Below, in pieces: positions 37,709 through 47,781 of a stretch of DNA of 64,000 nucleotides. The translations under genes and the position numbers were made by a program. The stretch is taken from positions 141,016 through 205,015 of the IMG/VR virus record IMGVR_UViG_3300036715_000626; one strand, given 5' to 3'. The number at the start of each line of letters is the position of its first letter. Position 1 is the first letter of the stretch. The notes beneath the pieces were generated by a model. It was not told the DNA's origin. It searched no databases and saw nothing but the letters and a program-made list of their open reading frames with translations.

Positions 37709-38772
37709 ACATGCTTATTATAGAAGATTTAAATACTGGGGCTATACATAAATTAGAGAATACCTGTATTACTAAAAGCTTACGAGCTATTCGTGAATAT
37801 GAAAACATTATCTTGTTTCTGGATAAAGTGTCGTTTAAACAACTAACTGAGCAACAGAAAAGTGTGTTATTAGATTATACGATAACTAACTATAATTATG
37901 ATGTTTTTAAACTACCGGCTTTAGAGATAGTGGTATTTATGTATAATAAACCTTCAGATATTAACCGCATAAAAGATGGCTTTGTAGATTATAAGAATGC
38001 GCATGGAATTACCATAACTCATAATTATTTTTTAATACGACCATTTATACATGATAATAATCTTAAAGGAGCATGGGAAATGGCTACGTTACCAAATCTA
38101 CCAATCGAGCATATTGTTGCCAGTGTTAATGTAAATGAGACTGGTATATGGACACGTTTAAAGAAACGTTTAGGAATATACAGTACAAAAGATCTTGTTG
38201 ACGCTTCTAACTATACTTTGAGTATAGCTAATGACCAGATATCTCGTATGAATAGTGCAAATACTATCTTGGGTACAAACTATAGAGAAATGCAGGATAG
38301 TCGCGATGCTATGAGTAAAGATCTTAAAGAAGCTCTTATTGCAGTTGAAGTAGGTAAAAATAGTTCTGCTGCCATAGTTACTAAACTAAACGAAGAAAAA
38401 TTAACTGCTCTCGATGACCAGTCTCGTAGATATGAAGAACGTCTACGTGACAATAATGCGGCACACGAAAATATTCGCGTTAAACTTGAAGGTTCTGTTA
38501 ATGAGCTAACACGTATTAATAAAGATCTTGAATCTAAACTTACTGACACATTAATACAACAAGCTTCAGCGAGTTTACCGATTCCAATTCCGGAAAATTT
38601 TACTAAAGTTAAACCAACTATTAGACTGTTTAGCTGTGAAGAAGTAACCGCTATTCGAGAAATGGCTGATAAGCATTCAGTTCCTCTTAAACTTCTTAAA
38701 ATCGTAACTGGGTCATCAAGTTCAACACTTTCTCGTATGATTCGTAAACTTACGTATGCGGAATGCAAATAA
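37705..38772 (+). CDS. Coiled-coil protein with possible C-terminal helix-turn-helix
   Basis: Long heptad region, then EEVTAIRE...VPLKLLKIVTGSSSSTLSRMIRKLTY. Confidence 0.6.
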   Translation: MNMLIIEDLNTGAIHKLENTCITKSLRAIREYENIILFLDKVSFKQLTEQQKSVLLDYTITNYNYDVFKLPALEIVVFMYNKPSDINRIKDGFVDYKNAHGITITHNYFLIRPFIHDNNLKGAWEMATLPNLPIEHIVASVNVNETGIWTRLKKRLGIYSTKDLVDASNYTLSIANDQISRMNSANTILGTNYREMQDSRDAMSKDLKEALIAVEVGKNSSAAIVTKLNEEKLTALDDQSRRYEERLRDNNAAHENIRVKLEGSVNELTRINKDLESKLTDTLIQQASASLPIPIPENFTKVKPTIRLFSCEEVTAIREMADKHSVPLKLLKIVTGSSSSTLSRMIRKLTYAECK

Positions 38773-38782
38773 AAAAAGACTG

Positions 38783-38808
38783 CTACATACCGGATATCCG
38801 GTATGTAG
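38783..38808. terminator. Perfect 26-bp palindrome between convergent genes
   Basis: ctacataccggat|atccggtatgtag. Confidence 0.75.
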
Positions 38809-38812
38809 TTAG

Positions 38813-39256
38813 TTAATATTTTTCATCAAAGTTTTGACCTTTAATGGTAATGCGTTCCGCTTTATCCATATTAGCCAAAGCTAATGATATCTTAGCATTA
38901 GAACGTACTAAGCGGACTTCTTGCTCAAGAGACTTAACCGTGTCTCTTAGTGAACTAATACTATCTTCAAGACCCCATACCTCTTTAAAGAACATTTTAA
39001 GTTCACGTGCTTCTACTAAAACATCTCCGGTTAAACCGGAGTTAATTAACTCTACTGGAGTAATGTATTTATTATTACCCCTAGAATTTCTATTACCGAG
39101 TTCACTCACAACAATAGTAGCTTTAGTAGCTACTTTATTGTTAGCATCTTCGATCATCTTTATGAGCATTTGTACCTCGCCTGCTGTGATGTCAATCCGT
39201 TTATCCGGGTTCATCAACTTAATCTCACCTAGTGACACTGGTCTGCTTTTAAACAT
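38813..39256 (-). CDS. Hypothetical protein
   Basis: 147 aa with AGAGG RBS and TATATTAT at 39289-39296. Confidence 0.6.
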   Translation of the reverse strand: MFKSRPVSLGEIKLMNPDKRIDITAGEVQMLIKMIEDANNKVATKATIVVSELGNRNSRGNNKYITPVELINSGLTGDVLVEARELKMFFKEVWGLEDSISSLRDTVKSLEQEVRLVRSNAKISLALANMDKAERITIKGQNFDEKY

Positions 39257-39288
39257 GATAATACCTCTTTAGTATGTTATACTATATT

Positions 39289-39296
39289 ATAATATA
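39289..39296 (-). promoter_or_regulatory. Putative early promoter core TATATTAT
   Basis: Lies within the palindrome actatattataatatagt, with a T-tract 7 nt upstream. Confidence 0.55.
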
Positions 39297-39315
39297 GTCC
39301 TATAAAAAAATAGAA

Positions 39316-39341
39316 CTACATACCACATATGTGGTATATAG
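39316..39341 (-). terminator. Hairpin terminator ending the structural operon
   Basis: 13-bp arms with one mismatch that is a G-U pair only in minus-strand RNA; A-tract at 39304-39310. Confidence 0.75.
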
Positions 39342-39343
39342 GG

Positions 39344-40237
39344 CTAATAGGTACTAAATTGAATTGCTTTAAATACATTGTCTAAATTTGTTTTAACTAA
39401 CATAATATAGATCATGTTACTAGCAAATATATTTGCCGTAACTATAGGCTTAATACGGCGGGATACTGTATCAAAATCAGTATCGTATACATCAATATAA
39501 AATATCTGTGTAGCAGAATCGTTATGTATTTGATATATAATAACAGATAAACTACTTACGCCTATATTATACATAAAATCAAGTGTGTAGTTTTTATTAA
39601 CCACGATATCATTCAACGGTGACACAATACTCGCGTTGATATCTCCGGAAGTAATAAATGTCATAGTGGCGACTTGAGAACTATCATTACTACTACTATT
39701 AAAAATAGCTCTAGCGCGATATGCATTGTTTTCTTTAAGAATAACATCACAAATCAGCATATTGTTTAAATTAATACTATCTGCGATATGTTCCCATACG
39801 ACTACACCAAAGATATCTTCAATAATCCATGTAGTAGATTCGTGTGTTCCAGTGCCGTACGAGCTATACCCATGCACACTTAAAGTGAACATCGTTGTAA
39901 GGTGATTAGTGGCGTCTGATGAAGATGTCAATATAGGTGTAGAAAGCACGCTAGGCATCTCAGAACGTAGATCAAGATCTCCTAGATAGTTTGGAGTGGT
40001 AACATCAATATTACCCCACACCGTGTATCCTGTAGTAAGTAAAGACCGTGCTCTCGCGTAATAGCGTGATGTCGGATCAAGAGCATCGTTAAACATAATA
40101 CTAGATAGGTTAACATTATCCCCCATAGAACTAATAATAACATTAGTAAATTGTAAGTCGGTAGCTACCTGCCAATCTGTAGCAAGATGAGTTACTCCTG
40201 GTGGTAACAATAGTTCTGTAATTTTTAAAACAACCAT
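39344..40237 (-). CDS. Virion structural protein with tandem FN3-like modules
   Basis: Two copies of THxxTxW......N......L.....YxARA. Confidence 0.6.
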   Translation of the reverse strand: MVVLKITELLLPPGVTHLATDWQVATDLQFTNVIISSMGDNVNLSSIMFNDALDPTSRYYARARSLLTTGYTVWGNIDVTTPNYLGDLDLRSEMPSVLSTPILTSSSDATNHLTTMFTLSVHGYSSYGTGTHESTTWIIEDIFGVVVWEHIADSINLNNMLICDVILKENNAYRARAIFNSSSNDSSQVATMTFITSGDINASIVSPLNDIVVNKNYTLDFMYNIGVSSLSVIIYQIHNDSATQIFYIDVYDTDFDTVSRRIKPIVTANIFASNMIYIMLVKTNLDNVFKAIQFSTY

Positions 40238-40249
40238 ATTTTTCCTTCC

Positions 40250-40561
40250 TTAGTTCAATGCAATGATGGTATCTAATTTCTCTACATACCCACCATAGAT
40301 AAATTTACCATAATATACTTTATCATCGTCAGAGCGCATCTCGTAAAGCATATTAACATATGTATCAAGATATTCTTTAGAATTTATAATGTTACTAGTG
40401 CTCCAAATATATACACCAGGTATCTTAGTACTCTCATGACATACATTAGTAGTAATATCCACTAATGTATCTGTGATTATGTTAAGTAGTTTAATCGTAA
40501 CGGTTTTACCTGTAGCAAATATACCTATTAACCCATTCTCTTCATCTACACTATAACGCAT
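40250..40561 (-). CDS. Small putative virion protein
   Basis: 103 aa, tightly coupled within the structural operon. Confidence 0.55.
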   Translation of the reverse strand: MRYSVDEENGLIGIFATGKTVTIKLLNIITDTLVDITTNVCHESTKIPGVYIWSTSNIINSKEYLDTYVNMLYEMRSDDDKVYYGKFIYGGYVEKLDTIIALN

Positions 40562-40564
40562 TTA

Positions 40565-43024
40565 TTACTCCCATTCTACATATCTAAACATACTACAATC
40601 ATTAATTATATTGTTACAGGATAAACTTAACCCTGTTTGTATCGTAGGTATTTCCACAATTATCCCACATCTTATGTCAGGCGTATTTATAACATACTCT
40701 GTGTGTATGCTAGATAGTTTAGTGTTAGCTACACCTGATGCTGTTATACCAGCAAATGAAGTACCGGTAGTTATGTTGTTTATAGAGGTAACTGTACTAA
40801 CATTTATATTCATAGCTGGATATTGTGTAACTGTGTTTATGTTATTTACTTTAGTATTAGAATATCCATGTGCATTTACGGCATTAAACACCGTACTGGT
40901 TGTTATAGGTACTACGGTAGCAATTGTGTTACTTCTACAAGTAACATTATTAAATACCGTTCCTGTTATTATAGGCGCTAACGCGATTAAATTGTTACCA
41001 GTAACAACTTCTAGAGGGAATAATGTTGTCGTAGATATCGGTATTATCTCGGCAGTAGCTTTGCCTATTACACTCGTAGAATTAAACGAAGTAGTGGTGT
41101 CTATAACACTAACCAAACTTCTGCTTGATCCATTAGCTGTCAAACTAGGAAATGTAGTACTAGTATTAATAGATGCGATATTAATATTTTGGTCTAGTTT
41201 AATCTTTATTTCATTATAAGTGGTATTAGTTTCTATAGTTAAAATAGCTATATTGTTACTACCATTAGCATTTACTGTTACTAAATTTGTAGAGGTATCA
41301 ATTGATGTGGCGTGACCTGTAGCACCGGCTCTTCCTGTTACATCTAGACTATTAGTGGATACTATAGTTCCAATCTGCGTAACTGCGCTACCGTAAACAT
41401 TAACATCTGTAAAAGAAGTATTAGTAACTAGGCTGGTTAACGTGACATCAGCGCTGTTTCTAACATATAAGTTACTAAATACCGTCTCGGTGTTTATGCT
41501 GTTTACAATAGCTTTAGCGTCACCTGTAGTATGCACTGTATCTATATAACCAAAACTATCGATACTGGTAATAGAAGTTATCGAGCTACCGTGTGCTAAA
41601 ATAATACCATTTATAATTGTATGTGTTTCTATTCCAGAAACACTAGTATACGCTAAACCAGTAATAGCTATATTATTTATAACAGTGGTAGTTGTTATCA
41701 TAGGCGTTGTAGATACACTACTACCGCTGCTGGTATTATTATTTATTATCGTGCTAGAAGGAATTGATAATAGATTTGTTTTACTATCACCAGTAACATT
41801 GTTATTATTAAAATTACTATTTGAATTTATAGCGGACACAACAGTGGTACTGTCACCGGTGCAATTTATATTATTAAATATAGTATTGGTTACTATAGTA
41901 GGTACAAGTGTATTTATAGGAATTCTTGCGATGATTCCGGTGACGGTAGTTGTCGTCTCTATACCGCTTATGCTAGTAACACTATCACCTTTTATAACAC
42001 CTGAATTTATATCTGTATATGTTTGTAAGGCAGATACCGGTGTTACTGAATACCCCATAGACTGTATTGATGTGAAATTAGTACTTGTCGTTATATTATC
42101 AATAGTAGTGTGTGAGTTACCGATTACGCTCATACTATTAAAAATAGTGTTAGCAATTATTTGGTCAATCGGAATAACTGCATTATTACGGATAGATATA
42201 CTAGGGAACGTAGTACTTGTATTAATAACAGTGGTATTAGTTATGCAGTTACCCTGAACACTTAATGTGTTAAATGTTGTATTGGTAACTATAGTATTAA
42301 TGGTGCTATTAGAAGAACCTTTAACAGTGGGAGTACCTATAGTGGTGCTCGTAATGTTAGCTATAACACTAGTTATTGCATCGCCACTAACAAGTATTTC
42401 GTTAAATACTGTATTCACACTTATATAACTTAACGCAGTATTAGATATCCCGTTCGTAGTGGATACGTTAAATAGTGTACTAGAAGGTATTGTTAACAAA
42501 TTAGTCTTGGATTCCCCAATTACTGTTATGTTATTAACTGTACTTGTTGTCAAAATAGGCGAAATTACCGCACTCGCACTAGCTTGAACTGTTATTGGTG
42601 TAAAATCCGTAACTGTATTTATCACCGGTACCACAACAGTCTCAGGTAAAGATATTGTTATAGGATTGAATGTAGTAGTAGTGCTAATACCATTAATACT
42701 AGTAGAAGCGCTACCGTAAACATTAATCGTGTTAACATTAGTACTGCTATTTATAGTGTTAGAAACAGTATGCGCATTTCCATTAATACTTATGCTTTGA
42801 AAATCACTAGTTGTTGATAACTCTGTAAATCCTGCTGTGGCGTTACCATTTACAGATATGTTATTAATAGATGTATTTGTACCTATAACACCACTAGCTG
42901 CGTTAGCATCTCCCGTAACAATTATATCGTTAAAAGAAGTTGTCGTGGCTACTACCGCCATGTTGACGGTAGTGCTTACACTAGTTGCACCGGCAGTATA
43001 TAGGGGGTATAATGTAAGTAACAT
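40565..43024 (-). CDS. Thr/Ser/Asn/Ile-rich 22-aa repeat fibre protein
   Basis: About 36 degenerate 22-residue units (IxTxTxFNxIxVxGxxxTxxxx) with very few charged residues. Confidence 0.7.
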   Translation of the reverse strand: MLLTLYPLYTAGATSVSTTVNMAVVATTTSFNDIIVTGDANAASGVIGTNTSINNISVNGNATAGFTELSTTSDFQSISINGNAHTVSNTINSSTNVNTINVYGSASTSINGISTTTTFNPITISLPETVVVPVINTVTDFTPITVQASASAVISPILTTSTVNNITVIGESKTNLLTIPSSTLFNVSTTNGISNTALSYISVNTVFNEILVSGDAITSVIANITSTTIGTPTVKGSSNSTINTIVTNTTFNTLSVQGNCITNTTVINTSTTFPSISIRNNAVIPIDQIIANTIFNSMSVIGNSHTTIDNITTSTNFTSIQSMGYSVTPVSALQTYTDINSGVIKGDSVTSISGIETTTTVTGIIARIPINTLVPTIVTNTIFNNINCTGDSTTVVSAINSNSNFNNNNVTGDSKTNLLSIPSSTIINNNTSSGSSVSTTPMITTTTVINNIAITGLAYTSVSGIETHTIINGIILAHGSSITSITSIDSFGYIDTVHTTGDAKAIVNSINTETVFSNLYVRNSADVTLTSLVTNTSFTDVNVYGSAVTQIGTIVSTNSLDVTGRAGATGHATSIDTSTNLVTVNANGSNNIAILTIETNTTYNEIKIKLDQNINIASINTSTTFPSLTANGSSRSLVSVIDTTTSFNSTSVIGKATAEIIPISTTTLFPLEVVTGNNLIALAPIITGTVFNNVTCRSNTIATVVPITTSTVFNAVNAHGYSNTKVNNINTVTQYPAMNINVSTVTSINNITTGTSFAGITASGVANTKLSSIHTEYVINTPDIRCGIIVEIPTIQTGLSLSCNNIINDCSMFRYVEWE

Positions 43025-43027
43025 ACT

Positions 43028-45871
43028 TTAGAACCAGAGCATAGTACGGTATAACTCGGCTCCGCTATTACGCATGTGATAAAGGTAATTTATACCAGAA
43101 TCACTTTTTACAATTTCCATACGGTTACCAATAGCCGGAGCTAACTGTGTATTAGGTACAGCACCCGCTCCAAATATTCTACCAAGTGTTATATCATAAT
43201 AGTATACATACTGCACAACTCCAGAAGCAACAGCTGGTGAAAAATATATACGGTTAACTCCGTCATATGCATAATAAGTACCAGCCCCCATAGTATCTGT
43301 TTGAGGAGTAAAGAATAACGAATACTCAAATAGTTCCGTTGTAATGTCATAACGATCAGCTGTATTAGATCCTCCGCCGCGCGGTAAAAACATATATTTA
43401 CCATTAGATACTCCACCAAACATCCATAGTAATTCAATACCCACACCTCTATTAGGTACACTTAGTATAGTATAGGTCGTAGTTGCATCAGGAGCAAAAC
43501 CTGTAATCGCTGTGAATGTCAATGTATTCGAAGTGTTCGAAACAATTGTTATTTCATTAAGCGCCGCTGCTAAACCGAACCCACTACCACCAGTGATACG
43601 GACTTTCTTACCTGCCCATTGATTAACAACCCAGTTTTGGGTGGTATCTACTAGTGTAGATGCAGAACCAGCCCCAGTGCAAACACCAAAACTATCCTGA
43701 ATAATATATCTAGTAGTCGAATCTGGCGTAAACGACTGTGTTGCATACGTTAATGTATTGTTAGTATTACTAGTAATAGTTATATAGGTATCTCTACCGG
43801 TACCTGCTAATATTCTAAACCGATAACCAGCCCACTGATTAGTGTTCCAATTTTTAGTAGTATCTACTAATGTGGTCGTAGAACCACCTGTAGCTAACCC
43901 ATATGAACTTTTTGTAAGATCCTTATATTGCTCATCTCTACCAAACATACTATTATTAACAATAACATATCGACCGGTACCGTTTACAAGTGCGGTTGTG
44001 ATAGTAGCTACCGTTAAGGTAGTCGCTGTGTTAGAAGTAATTATACGTGGTTGAACTGCTCCAGATGTACCTACTAAATGGGTCTGAACTATTTTACCAA
44101 CATGTTCGTTAACGGTCCAGTTTTTAGTAGAATCTACTATAACGGTAGCTGATAATGCATTAGCCGCGGTCATGTTACCAGATGCTGCCGTAGCAAAATC
44201 GAAACCAGTTAATGAATCACACCCTATAATGGTAACAGTACCTGCGTACGAGGAATCTCCCGAAAGAACTACTGAATCGCCTATTTTAAAGTTATGGTTA
44301 ATAGCGGTCACTACGTTACACACAACACCTACTACAGTTACGTTAGCTACAAATCCAGTTCCGACACCAGTTGTCGCAGATTGCGCGAAAGTAGTTACAG
44401 AATAACCACTACCTGGACGGTACAGCGATATACCAGTTACTACACCACCAGCACTAACTGAAGTTACTTGCACCTTACCACTAGTTCCGGTCACAAGAGT
44501 GATTATTTCACCGACGACATACCCAGTACCCGCTGCAGATATAGTTACTGTTTTAATACCAGATGTTGTTCTTGTACCTGAAGTTAGAGCTATTGTAGGG
44601 GTATCCAAACCAGGAAAGTTAGCGCCTAAAATACACGCCACCCCGTCATCATATTTACTACCTTCTATCACTAAGTCTGAATCTACATCATATTGTAACA
44701 TAGCCGCTTGAGCATTACCTGTAATATAAAATTTATCTTTATCTGCTATAATTTCATATACTGATGTATTATCAGGTGTAATAGTCCATTTTCTAGCAAC
44801 TTCTACGTAATTTGTTCCGGTACTAATTATTCGTCTTTGTTGCCCCACACCAGTACCAGAAGTAATACGTACTCTATAATTATTATATTGATTTACTGTA
44901 TATGCTTTAGCCGTGTTGACTAATGTATAGACGGTACCGGAAGTAGCTGTTCCGGTATCATATATTCCCCCAATCTCACTAGTACGTTCAAGTGTTCCGT
45001 CCGTACCAAATGCAGCCAGTGTTATATTGGTAGGTACTGTTTTATATTGCCATGTATCCATAGCAGTATCATAATACTGTAATGAAAAAAACGGAGCTGC
45101 TACAGAAGATGTTAACAACCAACAACCACCCGACTCTACTTTATAGGTAGATGTGTAATCTGGTTGTACAGTCCATGGTGTATCGACAGTTACGTCTGAA
45201 GCTTCAATAACAAAGTGGGATTGTGAACCGGCTGTTGTAGACGGAGTAGTAACAAAACTGACATTATTAAACGGATATAGCGGTTGGTAGTTAGCATCTG
45301 CAACATACAATGTTGTATTATCATTATACAAAATCTTACGTATTTGTGTCATACCAGTACTAAAGGTAATTCGTACTTGATAACCGCACCATTGATTCAT
45401 TTTCCATTTTTTAGTAGAATCACCGATACTTGTAGCTGATGCAACAGTAGCTACTCCTTGATCATACTTTGTAGGAATCCCTGTCGTAGTTATTGTTCTA
45501 GTTTGTCCGCTACCAGTACCAGAAGTAATACGTATTTTAAATCCATCTAAAATATTTGCATTAAATCCAGCTATTCGTATTTGATTAGCGGCAGGAGTAC
45601 TGATAACACGCCCGTATGTTCCACTGAACGCAGAATATCTTAAAGATGCAAATACTGTAGGGGAAAGCAAAAGAGGAGCAAGTTTATGCGGGACATTACC
45701 ATAGGTATCGTATTTATAAAATGACGCTCCGGACACATAATAAATTCCCCTTCCCTTCCCGTCTTCTTGTGTAGTTAATGCGGACAACGCACTTGAAGCT
45801 ACTGGTAGCGGTTCCATAGATTGCCAAAGTTGTTTATTGTCGATTGTGTGGTTATTATTCGTAGTGGCCAT
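43028..45871 (-). CDS. Repeat-containing virion/adhesin-like protein
   Basis: About six ~70-aa units DxTKxWxxNQWxGxxxRIxxGTG...PDxTxxYxI. Confidence 0.7.
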   Translation of the reverse strand: MATTNNNHTIDNKQLWQSMEPLPVASSALSALTTQEDGKGRGIYYVSGASFYKYDTYGNVPHKLAPLLLSPTVFASLRYSAFSGTYGRVISTPAANQIRIAGFNANILDGFKIRITSGTGSGQTRTITTTGIPTKYDQGVATVASATSIGDSTKKWKMNQWCGYQVRITFSTGMTQIRKILYNDNTTLYVADANYQPLYPFNNVSFVTTPSTTAGSQSHFVIEASDVTVDTPWTVQPDYTSTYKVESGGCWLLTSSVAAPFFSLQYYDTAMDTWQYKTVPTNITLAAFGTDGTLERTSEIGGIYDTGTATSGTVYTLVNTAKAYTVNQYNNYRVRITSGTGVGQQRRIISTGTNYVEVARKWTITPDNTSVYEIIADKDKFYITGNAQAAMLQYDVDSDLVIEGSKYDDGVACILGANFPGLDTPTIALTSGTRTTSGIKTVTISAAGTGYVVGEIITLVTGTSGKVQVTSVSAGGVVTGISLYRPGSGYSVTTFAQSATTGVGTGFVANVTVVGVVCNVVTAINHNFKIGDSVVLSGDSSYAGTVTIIGCDSLTGFDFATAASGNMTAANALSATVIVDSTKNWTVNEHVGKIVQTHLVGTSGAVQPRIITSNTATTLTVATITTALVNGTGRYVIVNNSMFGRDEQYKDLTKSSYGLATGGSTTTLVDTTKNWNTNQWAGYRFRILAGTGRDTYITITSNTNNTLTYATQSFTPDSTTRYIIQDSFGVCTGAGSASTLVDTTQNWVVNQWAGKKVRITGGSGFGLAAALNEITIVSNTSNTLTFTAITGFAPDATTTYTILSVPNRGVGIELLWMFGGVSNGKYMFLPRGGGSNTADRYDITTELFEYSLFFTPQTDTMGAGTYYAYDGVNRIYFSPAVASGVVQYVYYYDITLGRIFGAGAVPNTQLAPAIGNRMEIVKSDSGINYLYHMRNSGAELYRTMLWF

Positions 45872-45880
45872 ATTGATCCT

Positions 45881-46330
45881 TTATACGTATTGTATGTTAT
45901 TTAATATTCCAGTATTAAAAGCTGTATCCATCTGAGCTTCTACCACACGTTGCGCTTGTACATCCCCTATTCGAGCTTGATTGGATAAAGTACCTACAGT
46001 TGTAGTAGTAGCAACTGTTGTTACTGTTGTTACGGTCCCAACTGTTCCTAGTCCTCCGGATTTAGCTAAATTTACATATAACTGTTTAGCTGGATCGGTA
46101 ATCATGCCAAATTCTAATCGATCTAGAAAATATGCCATAATGTTGTATATGTCAGTCATAGTTTTATCGTTGGTAGGCATCGGGTTATCAGTAGAAACTA
46201 ATCCACCATCTACAGAACTTCCACCTAATTGCAATTTAACTATTTGTGTTTCAGTATTGTCAGTTAGCTTATCCGTGTTAACACTATGTAGTGTACTATT
46301 AGTGTCGCTAAGCACTACTTCAGTTTGCAT
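45881..46330 (-). CDS. Putative virion protein
   Basis: 149 aa with VSTDNPMP and TVTTV repeats; AGGAG RBS. Confidence 0.6.
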   Translation of the reverse strand: MQTEVVLSDTNSTLHSVNTDKLTDNTETQIVKLQLGGSSVDGGLVSTDNPMPTNDKTMTDIYNIMAYFLDRLEFGMITDPAKQLYVNLAKSGGLGTVGTVTTVTTVATTTTVGTLSNQARIGDVQAQRVVEAQMDTAFNTGILNNIQYV

Positions 46331-46363
46331 GTTGTCTCCTTGTATGTGATAAAAAAATACTAC

Positions 46364-46390
46364 GTTCTAGAGGATATAATCCTCTAGAAC
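46364..46390 (-). terminator. Hairpin terminator
   Basis: 12-bp stem gttctagaggat-ata-atcctctagaac with an A-tract at 46351-46357. Confidence 0.7.
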
Positions 46391-46413
46391 TATTGTACCG
46401 AATATGTGTTAAA

Positions 46414-46821
46414 TTAATTCCATACAAAAATACCAGCGGCATTGTTGATATCAGCCACGAACGCGCCATCTGTAGATGTACGATCGCTTCCGAAGTCAAT
46501 GACGCAAACACATTTGTTACCGTTGGTAGCGTTGTAGATCATCGCGCCACGTGCTGTGATACTAGCTGCCGGCCAAGTGATGTCATCACAAGTAAACCCT
46601 ACAGCTGGGGCAGCTGTAGCTAAGGCGACATTGACTAACGATTGTCCGCCTGCAGTATATCCTGTTCCGGATACTTCACCTGTTGTTGTGTACACTGTAG
46701 TAGTAGAACTTAAAGTCGCTGCTGATGTGTATAGTGCAATTTTATAGGTATCCGCTAAATGATGTTCCCCGTTAAAAACCTGTTGTTTGTACGATGTGGC
46801 TAGGCCAGCACTGATTGCCAT
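46414..46821 (-). CDS. Small phage structural protein of a widespread family
   Basis: SYKQQ...YKIALYTSAATL...GEVSGTGYTAGG...ITARGAMIYN...VIDFGSD pattern, common in aquatic tailed phages. Confidence 0.7.
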   Translation of the reverse strand: MAISAGLATSYKQQVFNGEHHLADTYKIALYTSAATLSSTTTVYTTTGEVSGTGYTAGGQSLVNVALATAAPAVGFTCDDITWPAASITARGAMIYNATNGNKCVCVIDFGSDRTSTDGAFVADINNAAGIFVWN

Positions 46822-46880
46822 GGTAATCCTTTTCTGTTATGAGGTATGTATTTTTAGTACTAATCATTAAATAAACAATC

Positions 46881-47411
46881 TTACACACCAAAGGTATAAG
46901 TAGTATTTATAATGTTCGCACCATCTAATAGGATTGTTTTAATAAGTGGTTTAGGATAACCAGTTTTACCTGTTAGTGTTATTACAATTTTATTTTTAAT
47001 TGTTCTATCAATAACCGCTATTACAGTATCAGTACTATTTATTTTATATGTTTTAGTTATGAGTTTTTTATTACTCATATCAGTTGTAACTGGAAAACTA
47101 CCCATATTTTTATAGATACGCTCGAACGTTACGCTCGTCAACGCGTTATTCATAGCTATGTATTCAGCTGTGTGCAACGGCGGGTATTCTGGATCCACTG
47201 GCGGTTCTGGATCTGTAGGTGGTAAGTTAGTTATATCTGTGCAATTCCCCGTTAATCGACACAATGGGTTATTGTTTTCTGCTTTATAACTAGCTAGACT
47301 TAAATTGTCTATGACACCAGTATCTTCTTTAACAGTGACGTTGGCAGATTTCTCTGTAATATTGAATGGGTTGGGACTATTTAGACCTGTTAAAAATGTA
47401 TTACTTATCAT
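46881..47411 (-). CDS. Putative virion protein with Pro-rich linker
   Basis: Start reassigned to ATG 47411 behind AAGGA; PPTDPEPPVDPEYPP linker. Confidence 0.55.
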   Translation of the reverse strand: MISNTFLTGLNSPNPFNITEKSANVTVKEDTGVIDNLSLASYKAENNNPLCRLTGNCTDITNLPPTDPEPPVDPEYPPLHTAEYIAMNNALTSVTFERIYKNMGSFPVTTDMSNKKLITKTYKINSTDTVIAVIDRTIKNKIVITLTGKTGYPKPLIKTILLDGANIINTTYTFGV

Positions 47412-47459
47412 GGTAATCCTTAAAAGTATCTTCATGTATAACTTGGAGAAAACTCCAAG

Positions 47460-47777
47460 TTATACAGTAGTGGTTATTGAAGTAGGGACAACGGGGGATA
47501 ATACCGCAATCGGATCAGTGATGACTGATGTGCGTATTTCTTCAATACGGTTAAGTTTAATCATCGTGTCGGTAATAATCGGATCGTTTTTAATCTCAGG
47601 TATTTTGTCTACAATAACGTTTAACATGGTTATTAGTAAATTGATTTGCGCATATTCAGCACCAACCTCGCTGAGAATGGTTTGTCGTTTAGCAGCTTTA
47701 TCTGCAGGCCACAGTGTCGGTTCATCTTGGTACATAGTTTTATGCACGCGGTCTGTTGTAATTTTAACTACTTTCAT
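47460..47777 (-). CDS. Hypothetical protein (possible fibre chaperone)
   Basis: 105 aa, directly after three paralogous tail genes. Confidence 0.5.
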   Translation of the reverse strand: MKVVKITTDRVHKTMYQDEPTLWPADKAAKRQTILSEVGAEYAQINLLITMLNVIVDKIPEIKNDPIITDTMIKLNRIEEIRTSVITDPIAVLSPVVPTSITTTV

Positions 47778-47781
47778 AAAG

